The notes: a model not told the origin generated them from the letters alone. A stretch of DNA of 64,000 nucleotides from Octopus sinensis (GCF_006345805.1 NC_043003.1:111166001-111230000), one strand, 5' to 3'. Counted from the first letter of the stretch, positions 1 through 14,139 are shown. Numbers and translations: made by a program.

Positions 1-92
1 GGTAAACGAGACTGAGTTGTCCTAATACATACCTATGTCAATTGACAGAAACACCTTACATATTTTATCTGCCTCTCACTCTGTGTGTATGA

Positions 93-133
<41 letters not shown>

Positions 134-143
134 ACTTTTAATT

Positions 144-214
144 TTGCATTGGGTATGATAAGTAAATTCCATTGGGTATGATAAGTAAAATTGCATTGGG
201 TATGATAAGTAAAA
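144..214 (+). repeat. Three tandem copies of a 23-24 bp unit (ttgcattgggtatgataagtaaa[a])
   Basis: Units read directly at 144-166, 167-190 and 191-214. Confidence 0.9.
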
Positions 215-774
215 TTTTTGGTAGAAATGACTAATTGTCCCTCGTAGCGTGTGGCATGTATGTATAATAATTAATGCCCTCTATATATAAATTAATATGT
301 TCAATAAGAAAGAATTATTTTCGAAATTTTTTCTCTTATGAGGTTTTTCACGCTATCTACCTGATAATTTCTTGTTAAGATTCCTTATTAAGAAGTTGTC
401 CTTAATTGTTAAATAATTTTACTCCGAAAAAACTTTTCCTACGCGAAATGCAATTCGAAGATGCCTGCCATTTACCGGATGTATTATATGTAAACTTCTC
501 CATGTGCTTCTTTGGGATCGAGCAGTTAGCAGTTCGGTTTTGACGAGACTGGTCGTTTATTTATGATATGTTCAGAATCAATCTTGCTGACGAGTACGGT
601 CGCTAATGGCGGTAAGTACGAAATCACAGGTGATACAAGATTAAATTCATTTTTTAAATGTCTTGCTTTGAAAAAATTGCATTGGGTATGATAAGTAAAA
701 TTTTTGGTAGAATTGACTAATTGTCCCTCGTAGCGTGTGGCATGTATGTATAATAATGCCCTCTATATATAAAT
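191..774 (+). repeat. About 100 bp direct repeat (191-292 and 677-774) flanking a 385 bp unique segment
   Basis: ttgcattgggtatgataagtaaaatttttggtagaa...cgtagcgtgtggcatg...gccctctatatataaat occurs twice, near-identical. Confidence 0.9.
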
Positions 775-775
775 A

Positions 776-839
<64 letters not shown>

Positions 840-843
840 CACA

Positions 844-935
<92 letters not shown>

Positions 936-1156
936 GTGTGTGTATAAAATATATGTATGTATATATATATACATATATATATACATATACATACATATAC
1001 ATATACATAAATATGCATATACATATATATACATATATGTATATGCATATATGTATATATGTACATATATATTTATAAACACACACACACACACATAAAT
1101 ATATATATATATATATATAAACACACACACACATATAAACATATATATATATATAA

Positions 1157-1228
<72 letters not shown>

Positions 1229-1245
1229 CATACATACGATATTAT
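765..1245. repeat. Compound (TA)n/(CA)n microsatellite, representative of dozens across the window
   Basis: Direct reading; it generates the YIYI/HTHT pseudo-ORFs. Confidence 0.95.
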
Positions 1246-2033
1246 ATTATATTCTATTATATAAATCAGTTTCATTTGGCTCCGTGCGACTTAATATTTC
1301 ACGGGCTTCTAAAAGACACCCGGCTCGTTCAGGCAACTATTACATGAAGTCCAAGATTGCTTCTACTGTTACTAAATCTTGTTTGTGCGTGGGAACCTTG
1401 CATTTGCTTGTGTACCTTTGAGTAAAGTTTATCTAGCAGAACATATGCGTGTGTTTAAGTCTGTTGAACGCGTACGTTTGTAAATCCACACGTATGCTTT
1501 TGGTATTTATGTACTCTTGGCCATACTGGTTACCTGGGCATTCAGGTAATCAGCATAACAGATTGGGTGCCAACGCTGTACATTTGAATAACATTTGCAA
1601 TCATTTCAACAGATTTCTCTACCTGTACCCAATTTTACTCAAAATCTATCGGTTCGTAAGAGACTATAGAAAGTGCCGTTTCATCAATAAGTTATGCATT
1701 GAGATTGCACCTTGGGCTTTGTGATTGCCAAATGAACATCTTAGCATTTCCTCCATGATGTCCATTTGTGCTTACATAGTATGCATACGTATATTATACG
1801 TATAGAGAAGCAGCGGAAGAAAGAGAGGGATAGGGAATGGGAATATATGTGAAGAAAATCTTATATATTCCCTCTAAATTCATTGCACAAATGATGAATA
1901 ACGAATATTATTCATTTCAAAAGCTACTTCAGACTTGATAGGCCACCTATCTTGAACAAACTCTATACAAGATGTCTGGCACTCGTTAAGCTATTAACTG
2001 ATACTTTCTCTTGTAATATCTCTCTTCTTTTAA

Positions 2034-2248
2034 GGCGGCGAGGTGGCAGAAACTTTAGCATGCTAGACGAAATGATTATAGGTATTTCGCTTGTCTTTAC
2101 GTCCTAAGTTCAAATTCCGCCGAGGTCATCTTTGCCGTTCATCCTTTCCGGTTCGATAAATTAAGTACCAGTTGCATACTGGAGTTGATCTACTCGACTG
2201 GCACCCTCCCCCAATATTTCGGGCCTTGTGTCTAGAGTAGAAAAGAAT
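2034..2248 (+). mobile_element. tRNA-derived SINE, family A (ggcggcgagctggcagaa... head), decayed copy
   Basis: A-box-like tggcagaa, B-box-like agttcaaattcc; homologous to copies at 25411, 31853, 35490, 52677 and 52897. Confidence 0.85.
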
Positions 2249-3510
2249 AAATGTCTTCTTTCCTCTTTTTATATCCCTCTCTCCATTTATCTATACCCCA
2301 TAAAAATGAGCATTTAAATCACTTCAACTCAATGCCTGGGCATTTTATAAGGATTTCAACTTCTATCATTTCCCTGAGCAATGCAAACCTTGATGAAGAA
2401 CGGGGGAATACTTGATGTTTCAATGCATCTGAAGGCAAGTCTTGTTGCTAAGAGCCGGGCCAATACAACAACAATAACAAAATAATCTTACTAGAAACGA
2501 AATGAATAATTACGTCAATGAAGAAGTGTCGATGAGGTCACATTTGTTGGCAGCTACATAATTACTATATCCATCTTTACTCTTTTCAAACCGGTATGGT
2601 TTGCGAGATAAGACTTTCGAAGTATGACTGACTTTAAGACAAGATGATTGCAATTGTAATGCATTTCATCAGATATATGTTCAACGATTAAATACGTAAT
2701 TGTTAACCAACGTAATTATATATATTTTTATGTTTCTAGAAAGTTTTAAATTTATAACCTTTAGTTGAAAATCCCCAAGCCAGGAAAACAACGCTTCGCC
2801 TTTTTACTTGGCCTCTGGAACTGTTGCGGGAAATGGCGTGTGAGTTCTCCTGATATTAACATCCACATTGAATGCTTCAAGTATGTTTAATCATGTATAT
2901 TCTAGTATAAATCTCCCACCGGCCAATGTGTATGATGTAGCTTCCTCATTGCCCAAGGCCTTTCAACACATAACAGCAGCTGTCTTGAAAGCACATGTAG
3001 CTTTAATATTAGCATGAACCACCCCCGTATTACAGTATAACGAGTGTAGCAACTGTAATGTGATTTATCTTACTTATTTTGTTTAAATAATATAGGTAAT
3101 AACTTGAGCTCGACCCCTATATTTTCCTCGATTTCTAGCCTATTTAATGTTGATTCAAAAGAGGAAGACTTACTGTCGAAAGAGCTCTCAAAGGGGTGGA
3201 AATCTACGATCACCTCAATAATTTTAGATTCCTAGAAGTGTCCTACTATGTGATTCTGTATCTGAAACGATGACTTAGTGTATAAGGAATTTAAAAAGTA
3301 AATTTGTTTGCTCCTAAATCATTCTTTTTCCCCTCTCTCATTAACTAAATCTACTTTTCGCAATGATCGTACAATTACAGCGAATACATATGCAGACAGA
3401 CAAGCACAATGCGCATAATGCATGTACACAGATCTCTCTCACATATATATGTACATATATATATATATATGTTTGTGTATATATATTTGTATGTATATGT
3501 ACATATATAT

Positions 3511-3552
<42 letters not shown>

Positions 3553-3592
3553 ATATTATATATATATGTTTGTGTATATATATTATATATAT

Positions 3593-3637
<45 letters not shown>

Positions 3638-5344
3638 GTAAAATGTGTAGTGTGCATTTCTTAGGTATTTCATTTCATTTTGTTTGTATGCGTAAGTATT
3701 TTATACACTTGATATAAACTATAAGCCTATGATTAATACTCTCGCTGATTGATAGAATTATATAAAAAAAGAGCGAGAAATTGAGAGTCATTGGTGAGTG
3801 GAGATGTAGAGTGAAAGAAAGTGACAGTTTGACAGAAGAGGTTCAAAGCGAATGAGATTAAAGAAGAAAAATTACTTGCGCAGAAGCAGTGAAAATAGAT
3901 GGAAAATACGTTGCAATCACAATGCTATATAATTTTACTGCCGTTGCTCTTTCAGCTGCAATGTAATCGACAGCCAGATTATATGAGTAAGAAATCTATA
4001 CATATCGACTTTCGGACAGCTCGGACACTTCATTATGAATCAAATCTCTTACAACAAATCCTGCGTAGCGAATCTAATTATTCCACATGCAACAGATGGT
4101 AATATAGCCAGCCAGATATTTCTGATTTAGGTGTGGAATATCTGCAACTGCTCTAGTCATTCAAAAGCGTTTAAGTGTTGAGGTAATGAGAACGAGAAGA
4201 TGCGTTCAGAAAATCTATACGAATTATTGGATGTTTCATATTGCACAAAATAGAAAGCTTAGATAGGATATTGTGTGATGTTTGCTGGGTGAAAATCCAG
4301 TGCAGTTATGTGTATAGCTATTTATTGTTCTATATTGAAATACAGAATGCCATTCAGAAAGTGTTATCATAATTTTTGAAATATTCTATAAATAATGATG
4401 AATATCATCGAATGATATATTCTTAAGATACACGCTACAAAATAATTAATACGTTATGAATGAAATCTCTTCATCACATTTGGTAGATTATTCAACTTAT
4501 ATCTTAATGAGCAAAATTATTTTCTTCAGCCACTTGAAATATGAGAATTCTGTCAAGCGATGATAGGGACTTTAAGAATTAATCAGATTCGTTACTTCCA
4601 GTTTATTAGCAGATGTTAAAATATGAAAATTATTTCACATTTTCATACGCAACCACCTCGTGTTTGCAGCACAGAATATATGAATGCAGAAAGTCTCTTG
4701 TCAGAAACTTATCTTTGTAAGTTAAAAAGTATAGAAACATGTTTTGATTTCCCTATTTCTTCATAATGCAATATATCTCGTTGAAGCGTAGTACAGTAAT
4801 TATTCATGTTAAGGAAAATTCATATATCTCGACTTAATATGTTGCAACTAAGATTTTTAATACATCAATGCATTCATGATTGTTGCTATAAAAAATATGC
4901 CTGTAGCAACCCTTAAAACACATGGCCTGAATATGTTAGGGACATGATTTTGATATATTTCAATATCGTTTCTCTCAGTATAGTGTTAGTTACATCGTCA
5001 TTATTTATGTACCTTTTACATTTAGAAGTCAACATCATAACATCCATGTGAATGGAAAACGCGATTATTCACATGGATGTTACGATAATAAATTTCTGTT
5101 ACTGTACTTGACGCGGTTAAACCTAGATCAGTTGTGATCCAACAAAACTATGCATACAGACGTTCCAGTCTTGACATTCTTGTCATTTCAGAAATGGTTA
5201 TAAATATTTATACATAACTAGATTATATTTGTTCTTCCGATTATCTATGTCTGTTTTAAAAATATAGTCACAAATTCTGACATGAACTGGATGCATAGCA
5301 ATGTGCCAGCTTTAGCATTCTATCACCATCAGAAGAAAGGGTAA

Positions 5345-5780
5345 TATAAGAGTTAAGTTAGCTGTCTTGAATTTCGCTTTTGTGCCTGTGCTCAAGTATG
5401 GTTATGAAGGAGGGAAATTATATGATGGCGAATACAAGCGGCCGAAATGGGCTTCCTGAAAGGGATATCTAGGGTAACCTTCCTCTACATAATTTACATT
5501 CACTGAGCACCAATTACGCATCTTGTAATCAGAATGTTGAAATAAAGCAGGAAAGGATCACAAGGCAGATTCTCCGAACCCGTCAACCGGCAGGAAAATT
5601 AAGGGTAGATCAAGAACGAGATGGTTGAACAACACGTATAGTATCCGTTGGTCACGCTTTGGGACACAGAATGAAAGTGTAATGACGGTTGCCTTTTTTT
5701 TTTTTTTTTTTTTTTCTGTGAAGTACCTGAGTGCCCTATCCTTACGAGCCTTCAAGGAATAGAGGATGCAGAAAACGCAT
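5345..5780 (+). mobile_element. RTE-clade LINE 3' fragment (pseudogenised), with a T22 run inside
   Basis: Broken translations KLAVLNFAFVPVLKYGYE, AAEMGFLKGIS and RTRWLNNTYSIRWSRFG resemble the RTE ORF2 C-terminus; T run at 5694-5715. Confidence 0.65.
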
Positions 5781-6105
5781 AGATTTAAGTGTCAGACGAC
5801 GTTCTACAGGCTCATATCCTTTCTCGTCCAAAACTATTCAGAAACTGAATGAAATGGATTTATAAATATACAGCTAATTAATTCATATAATTTATATGAT
5901 AATTAGCATACGATATCATGCGTGTGCGTATATACGATAATACACTTAACACTTGTCTGACAAATATATATACAATTTCTTATTATCTCTGTGTGCATGA
6001 CTAGCACATTGTTGTGAACCGTATGTATATTGAGTTCTACACGAGTTTATTAGTATCTCTATGCCAATGCGAAATAGTCAAATACATTTAAAGAAGTATA
6101 TACCT

Positions 6106-6188
<83 letters not shown>

Positions 6189-6925
6189 ATATATATTAGG
6201 GTGATGAAAAATAACTTATTTCAAAAACCTGAACAGACCCTCTAATTTTATTTAATTTAGTGAATAAAAGCAACATGCAATTTCAGCAAAATTGAAGCCG
6301 GTTTAGAGGTTGCTACCATCCACAGAGCATTTTGTATGTTGTATTTATTGTTCATTTTCTGTCTCCTTACCATTTTCTTCTGGACCTGACTTCTGGACCT
6401 ACAACTCTTTAAGAGATCCAAAGCAAACTGGGTGGAAATTGAGAAGAACAATTACCAAACAGCAACAGATGACCCTAGCATTGCAGTGAAAATCTCAGAG
6501 GCTTAAGAAATCATTCAATTTGCCCAAGATTACAATGGTTTATATTTACACATACCAATTTTGTGTGTGTTATGTTTTTACTTATAGGTTATTTAGTAAT
6601 TAACGATTCATATTAAATCTTACCTAACAATCGAAGTAAGATAAAGAGCTTGGTTATATTAATTTACATTGCATATTGCTATGGATTTAGCGTCTTAAAA
6701 CGTTGCGAAGCGAAGATGCAAACATTGTCTCATCAAAACAAGTTTAAAAAATACAACTTTAGTCATGAAAACCTGAGTATACGCCAAGAAAAATATGGCT
6801 TGATAAACAGTCTCTGCAGGTAAAAAAAAATTGTTCTATAAATCCATTTAAATTATTGTAATTTTTTGTCGAGTTCAATTTTTTTCACTCATTTTTCACA
6901 ATGATGACATTCTAGATATTTTTAC

Positions 6926-7254
6926 GGTGAGGGCGCGTGGCTTAGTGGTTAGGGCATTCGGCTCATGATCGTAAGGTTGTGAGTTCGATTCCTGGCGACG
7001 CGTTGCGTCCTTGAGCAAGACACTTTATTTTACGTTGCTCCAGTCCACTCAGCAGGCAAAAATGAGTTGTACTTGTATTTCAAAGGGTCAGCCTTGTCAC
7101 TCTCTGTGTCACGCTGATTATCCCCGAGAACTACGTTAAGGGTACACGTGTCTGTGGAATGCTCAGCCATTTGCACGTTGATTTCACGAGCAAGCTGTTC
7201 CGTTGATCGTATCAGCTGGGACCCTCGTCGTCGTAACCGGCGGAGTCTTTTTAA
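6926..7254 (+). mobile_element. tRNA-derived SINE, family B, full length with 12 bp target-site duplication
   Basis: A box tggcttagtgg, B box gagttcgattcc; TSD agatatttttac at 6914-6925 and 7255-7266; about 98% identical to 16130-16453. Confidence 0.92.
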
Positions 7255-7682
7255 AGATATTTTTACAATAAATTTTTAATTAATTATTAATCATCCGTGT
7301 GCTATACGTTTTCGCCACGAACATTTTCTTTTCATTAGACCCACTATGAAATATCTCCTTTATGAATTATGTTCCTTGGTTTTGTAATTACATGACTTGT
7401 TTATCACCCTGTATAGACACCCTGCAGAGAGATTTAGCCCGTATCTAGAAGAGGGAAGCTTGTCAAACACACATAGTAGAAATTGATATATCTGTGATCA
7501 CACACACCAAAATGGATATATCACTGATATGCAGAGGAATGCCCACGTTGATTCAGGACAGACGTTCTTATAAAAGTATCCGTGTGTGTGTGTCTAACTA
7601 TCAATTATCTAGCTATCTATATATCAATCCGTCTATTTATTTTTTTATCTATCTATCTATCGATCTATGTATATATATATAT

Positions 7683-8922
7683 GCACGAAGATCGACTGAA
7701 ATGTACATGGTCTGTCAACAATTCGCTCATGGAAGCCAATGATGTTTACATTTGAACATAGTCCCCCTCAATCCACATATTCCTCTATTGGTTTTGCAGT
7801 GCTTGGATCCTTTGGTACAGATCCTTTAATCCTGTTGGTCACAAACCATCAACAGCAAATATGACGTTATCACTGCGATATTGGTTACAAGCCAAGTGTT
7901 TTCTCCTGTTGGCTAACAAATAAGTTAGATGGGCCTAGGTGAATAGGGAGGGTAACGTACCCAGTTCAAAGATGCAGTTATGCACAGCAGTCACTGAAGT
8001 ATTGTCCTGATGACACAGGACCCAATTCGTCAGTGTTACAGTGCGTTTGGTCTTGATAGCCTTATTTTATCTGGCACAGCAAATTGACATATTACTCTTT
8101 ATTGATGGTATGGAACTTTTCATGTCAATAAATACACTGCCTTTTGTATCTTCCCAAAACTGAAGCCATCAACGTCCTCACATATGAAACAACATTGGCC
8201 CTCTTTGGGGCCGTTGAAGAGGAGTGTTTTCACAGCATCTATTCGTTTTTGACTCAGTCTCGATGGGATGAGCCAACATTTATTCTAGCTTAGAAAACGT
8301 TCAAGGAATCCAAATGAATCTGCCTCAAACAATGTCAATTTTTTCCGTGATGTGATCAGCCTGGTGCACATTTTATCAGGTATTAGAAGTGGTAACCCTT
8401 GAGCAGAAATATTCGTCATGCCAAGTATATTGTGCAGAGCATTTTCACCTCTCTCACGGAATGTGCCAATAGTAATATCAATGTCATTTATTGTCAATTA
8501 TCTGTCATCCGTCAGCATGAGGTGAGTGCCATCAAAGTTTTCCTCGGTGGTATCAGTAGCAGGAAGTCCAAACTTTGGGTCGTCTTCAAGACTTTCCCGT
8601 CCCCTACTAAATTCAGATGCCCACTTTTGCACTGTTGATAAATCTGGAATCAGGATACACTAACGTAGAAACATGAATGTCGTTGAGGACTAAACCGTTT
8701 TTCTGCGGGTACTTGATAATCCCGCGATGCCAAATTGCGTCCAGTTTTAGGAGACGTCTCTACTAATTACTTTGCAAGACGTCTTTAAACAATTGTCAGT
8801 TTCCTTGGACAGACACAATAGAGTTATGAATAAGAAGCGTTCAAATTAATTCCTGTAATATTTCGCAGCTATATAATGTCTTTTCTTCGTAGTCAGCCTT
8901 TATAACATCAGTCCCACTTCCC
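7683..8922 (-). mobile_element. Decayed mariner (Tc1/mariner) DNA transposon with transposase pseudogene and degenerate TIRs
   Basis: Minus-strand pieces STVQKWASEFSRGRESLEDDP, LHNILGMTNISA, FEADSFGFLERF, VLCHQDN, YPPYSP and GDYV match mariner motifs; TIR-like ends near 7683-7715 and 8892-8922 with TA-rich flanks. Confidence 0.8.
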
Positions 8923-8934
8923 ATTAACACGCGC

Positions 8935-8974
<40 letters not shown>

Positions 8975-8985
8975 TATATATATAA

Positions 8986-9057
<72 letters not shown>

Positions 9058-9065
9058 ACATATAT

Positions 9066-9097
9066 ATATGTGCATAGCACAAACACTGCCACCTTTT

Positions 9098-9149
<52 letters not shown>

Positions 9150-9212
9150 ACATATATATATATATGTGCATAGCACAACACTGCCACCTTTTATACATAC
9201 ATATATATATAT
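9066..9212 (+). repeat. Tandem duplication of a short unique motif (gtgcatagcac(a)aacactgccaccttttatacatac) within microsatellite, period about 97 bp
   Basis: Two copies starting near 9070 and 9166. Confidence 0.85.
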
Positions 9213-10392
9213 ATGTTCTATAATCGAGAATGATGCTTATTAATTAGGTATGTAACAGTTACTAAAAGAAAGCAATTATTAAAGGCTTGGCCGTCTGCAT
9301 ATTTTTTTTCTTTTCATAAATACATGTTCCCATAAATTTCCTGTAATTTCGAATTCTGAAGTTTATTGAATATTTCAACTACGAGCTTTTACAAATTTAA
9401 GTACTGGTTGCACTCACTGCGGAGTGGAGTTTAATTTTTAATCAAAAATATTCGATGCAGGCGAAATTTTCTCTGCGACCGTATCTTACTCTCCCTCCCT
9501 CTCTCTCTCTCTCTCGCTTGTATTTTCATTAGTGATAATTTATATATATATTTATTTCAATGTTTTCATTTCGAGTTTTAATTCGCTAGTTAAAAAACCC
9601 ACAGTTTATTCTATATCTCAATTTTAAAAAAGAAAATATGTTTTGAATGAATGAATGCTACTGGACAAAATAGTTGCACACCTTTGAGGTTTATGACAAT
9701 ATCAGTTTCGGGAGTTTGTTAAGTGAATCTTTTTGATAAAAGGAAAATTTCTTAAGATACCGTTAAAATTTTTTTTTTTATATATTAAGGACTGGTTTCC
9801 TTGGTATTTGGAACACTACAAGCCTTACAATAATAACTATGTAACCGCTGCTATTTCTAGGACGATAAACGCAGTTAGGTTACCTTGAAGATTGTTTATA
9901 TTAGAGATGTATTACAAGTACGATAAATTTGTGAAAGAAATATTTACTAAACATGTGAGAATTTTTTATAAATTGAAGTTTTCAGGAAAATTCAATTTCT
10001 GAACTTCCTTTTAATATTGAATATTTCAAGTTCCCAAATTTATATATTCGGTGCAAGATAGTTTTTCACGAGATTCTATTTATACGATTTGTTCAGTTCA
10101 TGTTTATCTCATTCATTGTTTGCAGTGCTTTCTCTTCCCCTCTCTCTCCTCTCTCACACACATCGTCTCTCTAATATAAACACACACACACACACACATA
10201 CACACACACACACACACTGACTCTATAATACAAATACAAACACACACTCCGGATTGGATTTTTTATAACACAAATATCTCATTAGAATTTTGCAATTGAG
10301 CATGGGGTGTCCCAAAAGATATGCGAGTGAAAATAGTGTGAAAATATTATCAAGCGGAGGAGCAGAAAACCGCCTGGTGGTCTTTCTGCTGG

Positions 10393-10439
<47 letters not shown>

Positions 10440-10446
10440 ATATAGA

Positions 10447-10752
10447 TTATCTTTTACTTGTTTCAGTCATTTGACTGCGGCCATACTGGAGCACCACCTG
10501 TAGTCGAGCAAATCGACCCCCAGGACTTCTTTGTAAACCTAGTACTTATTGTATTGGTCTCTTTTGCCGAACCGCTAGGTTACTGGGACGTAAATACACC
10601 AGCATCTGTCGTCAGATACGACGGGCTTCTTTCTGTTTCCGTCTACCAAATTCACTCACAAGTCTTTGGTCGGCCCGAGGCTATAGTAGAAGTCACTTGC
10701 CCACGGTGGTTGGTAAGCAAGCTACTTACAACACAGCCACTCCTACGCCTAT
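10447..10752 (-). mobile_element. SINE family C (CORE-like ccttgggcaagt motif), internally deleted
   Basis: Reverse-complement homology to 30504-30885. Confidence 0.85.
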
Positions 10753-12832
10753 ATATATAATATATGTATATATGTATATTTGTATGAATATATGTGTGTG
10801 CATGTGAGTTTGTGTGTGTGTGTGTGTATACAAGTATAACAAGTTGAGAGAGATAGTATCGCTTCGTAATGTAAGAAAAATGAGTTTTAAAGAAATGTAT
10901 TTACAAAAGAAGTAAATGAAAGTATTATACAAGAATTCAAATTTCGTTTTTGCATTGTTGGTTACAGTAGATAATCATAAATTCATTAAGTCATATTTTT
11001 GATGAGAACTATCAGTTTTTGATATATATCTGTAAACTTGGGACAATTGAAATAAAGTCGCCTCCAATAATTTTACATTTTATAAGAAAATTACGCAATT
11101 AGAGATTATCAATAATTTTTGTTTTAAAATAAGTAACTTTTACTAATTTATATATCAATGTAAGTTGCTAAAAACGAAATACTTTTAGTAGTAATTTCTC
11201 AGACTTCATCGAATAATGATTAGTAAATTTCCCAGACACACTTAAAAATAATACTGGTCATATTACTATAATACTTCTGTCTGGCGTCATATAAGTATAT
11301 TATTTTAAACAAATAGAAATTACCTGTTGGATATATGTAAATGTGCAAATTATATTATTCAATTATATCGACATAATTGAAGTTATGGTGTTTATAATTT
11401 GTCTTATTCGACGATAATAGTTTCTGCTACATCAAATAATATTTCATTTGAACAGCAGCAGTTATCTTCAGGTAATTAAATACAAATTCCGTCCGCTGTT
11501 AAATTTCGCTTTTGAATTTCATAACTATAGAGGATTTAAACAAATACATACCTATATCTATGTGTGTCTATCTACCTATCTGTCTATATATCTACTTATA
11601 TATCTATCTATCTACTTACCTGTCTATGTACTTATCTATCTACTTATCTATCTATCTATCTACTCATCTATCTATCCATCCATCTCTCTATCTGTCTTTC
11701 TATCTATATATCTATCTATCCCTATCTAACTAATCTATATCACTATATTTCTCACACCGTCGGCTACTCACCAGGCCAAAGATATATTGGTTCGAGTAAA
11801 AGCTATTTTGTCGCAAGGAGGTACATATTGACGCAAAGTGGATTAAATCAGAATGTGTGGAGGGCGCAGTTTGTGAGGGTTATATAAATGTATGGAGGTA
11901 TAAGTATTACAAGAAAGGTTAAAAAATTGGAAGAAAAATAATACGGAAATAACATAAAAGGAAATAAGATAAAATAAATTATAGGAAAATGAGAGGAAAG
12001 AGGAATTGGGCAGGTCAGTAGTAGATAATATAGTAGTTAGCTTCAAACAGAATTAATAGTGGGATTGGCATTTGAAGAGAACATGAAGGAGAGAGAGTGG
12101 GGAAAGACAGTGTGTATGAATAAAGCAAGGTAGGGTCGGTGATTTAAGCATGCCTAAATATCATTCACTGTCGTATACTTCAACGATCTGGAGCGAGCTC
12201 TATCAACTAAAGATAAGCTTCACATGTATATACTTATATTTTTGACAGCATTTCAATAGTGAATGATGAATGGTTAGCTGGTTTTTCATATGCATTTGTC
12301 AATATATAACACATTTTTGCTGAGTTTTCAGAACGCCTCGTGGATGTCTTTGTCTAACATTTCAATTGTAAATTTATTCTTTAGTCTAATGTCTGCTGCT
12401 TGCTTGATTAAAGATAGGGATACAACTTTCTCAAGGGATTTTGTTATCACTGGGTGTCACTCTTCGTTTTTTTTATATTGCTGATCTGTCTTCTAGGTAT
12501 ATTGCATGATGATTTTGACATGACCCAGCATGCCGGAAAATGTATAGTCATCTTTTAAATTTCTAGAGTTGCCTCAAGTGAAAGTGACGATCAAATTGTA
12601 TACATTGAATTCCAGAAATTTTGATGATTATTCTGATTTAATTATTGACGAAGAGAACTTTATTCTAAAAAAATAAATGTATGAAGATTTTCAGATGCAT
12701 TTCTTTGATGATCCAACGAATCCTTGACGTAATATACAATATATACGGGTAGATTCAATTTTGTATATTCGGTGAAGCATTTTGAAGAATTAACTTGCTT
12801 ATTCTATTAATTTACTAGTTCGTTGAGGTATA

Positions 12833-12912
12833 TACTACTACTACTACTACTACTACAACTACTACTACTACTACTACTAGTAGTAGTAGTAGTAGTAGTA
12901 GTAATAGTAGTA
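12833..12912. repeat. Self-complementary microsatellite (CTA)n-(TAG)n
   Basis: A (tac)n run switches to (tag)n at ctag 12877-12880. Confidence 0.9.
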
Positions 12913-13676
12913 AAGTAATATCACAATTCATAAACAGCACCAAATATAAGGCCATCTCATCACAAAATGTTCAATAAATTATACATGCCTACAAATAATT
13001 CAATGAAAACAACTTCCCACCTGTCTGTTCATTACATATCACGTTTCGCGTGTATGTTCTTCTCTTTATTCATCCCTGTTATTTTCTTAATATTTACAGT
13101 AGAATATTTTGCAGAAATTTACCCATAGGAAATCATACTTTGTATAGACATTAAACTGTTGACGTATTCTTTACAAAAGTGTACATATTTTAACACATTA
13201 TTTTATTATATACGCGGAACAATTAATATAAAATATTTTATGATTATAAAACATTTTACATTACGAGTTCATGATGTAACATATAAAACTAAAACGATAA
13301 TTTCTTCAGGGCATTTCCTAATTACTCGAGTGCGTGTATGTGTTCGTGTGAGTTGTGTGAGTGTGTATGTGAATGGAGGAAAAAAAAGAGAGTATGTATG
13401 AGTTTGAATGCATATGTATAAAACAAAGACGGAGTTATATGAAATCCTATACAAAATAACTTATTATAAAACGAAAATAAATTGAGGATTGTCATGCCAT
13501 AAAGGAAAAGACAGGCCTATTAACTTAAGATAAGAGAAGGATACTTGCACGTGTTTATACTTCAATAGATTTTATGAGCAACACAATTGCCCTGGGATAT
13601 GTTCAGCAGACAAAATGCTTTATACACAGATTTGAATAAATTCATGCTGTAGACAGTAAAAGAGGAGAGAAGGATA

Positions 13677-13737
13677 GGATAAAACTGCGTTTCGTATGCC
13701 GAGGTGGAAATCCACAACACCATCTCTTCAGTTACCC
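13677..13737 (-). ncRNA. Type I hammerhead-like motif (CUGAAGA core, GUU site)
   Basis: Minus strand: gggtaa CTGAAGA gatg...catac GAAA c gca g T T ttatcc; stem I gggtaa/ttatcc. The right-arm copy has a mutated core (CTAAAGA at 13801). Confidence 0.55.
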
Positions 13738-13856
13738 GGCCATCGGAAAAACGCTATGAAAAAAGATCATTTTCATGGCGTTTTTCCGATGATCGTATAA
13801 CTAAAGAGATTGTGGTGTGGACTTCCACCTCAGCATCCGAAACTCAGAGTTTTATC
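13677..13856. mobile_element. Fold-back palindrome (about 85 bp arms, 7 bp spacer) with a hammerhead-like motif in each arm; putative head-to-head PLE 3' ends
   Basis: Left arm and reverse complement of right arm align at roughly 80-85% by eye; spacer aagatca 13763-13769. Confidence 0.8.
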
Positions 13857-13875
13857 TTGGCTACCGAATAATTGT

Positions 13876-13910
<35 letters not shown>

Positions 13911-14139
13911 TTCGTTTTGGGATTTGGTTTGCAACATTTTTGATATGAGTTCGTGTGTTAAAGCATATTCTGTTGTGTCTGGGGAGAGTCATTTTCTTTT
14001 TGTGCCTTATAATATAACACACTCACCGGTAAAATTCCCACATTTTCGTTATTTCTATTTTCCTAAAATTGTCGTTGCGTCTTGCAACCTTTTCAATAAT
14101 TTTGAGAGTATGTGTTCCCCAGCTTGACAGTCCAACGCA

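Noticed and set aside
717-1421. Many ORFs rich in YI/IY/HT/CV repeats (here and at 3.3, 8.9, 15.8-16.8, 21, 32.7, 40.9, 46.5 and 57 kb)
   Set aside because: Translations of (TA)n/(CA)n microsatellites, which lack stop codons; not genes
1260-1775. Coding-looking segment on the minus strand
   Set aside because: Stops in all frames and no recognisable motif; possibly an old TE, but unsupported
3168-3265. Possible minus-strand exon with GTAAGT donor (ESKIIEVIVDFHPFESSFD)
   Set aside because: Splice-like signals are common by chance in AT-rich DNA; no homology recognised
3899-4102. 67 aa ORF with a good internal acceptor (ctctttcag)
   Set aside because: No recognisable domain or partner exons
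6926-7000. tRNA-like fold with A/B boxes (also the heads of the other SINEs)
   Set aside because: Continues into a SINE body and tail and lacks a complete acceptor stem; a SINE head, not a tRNA gene
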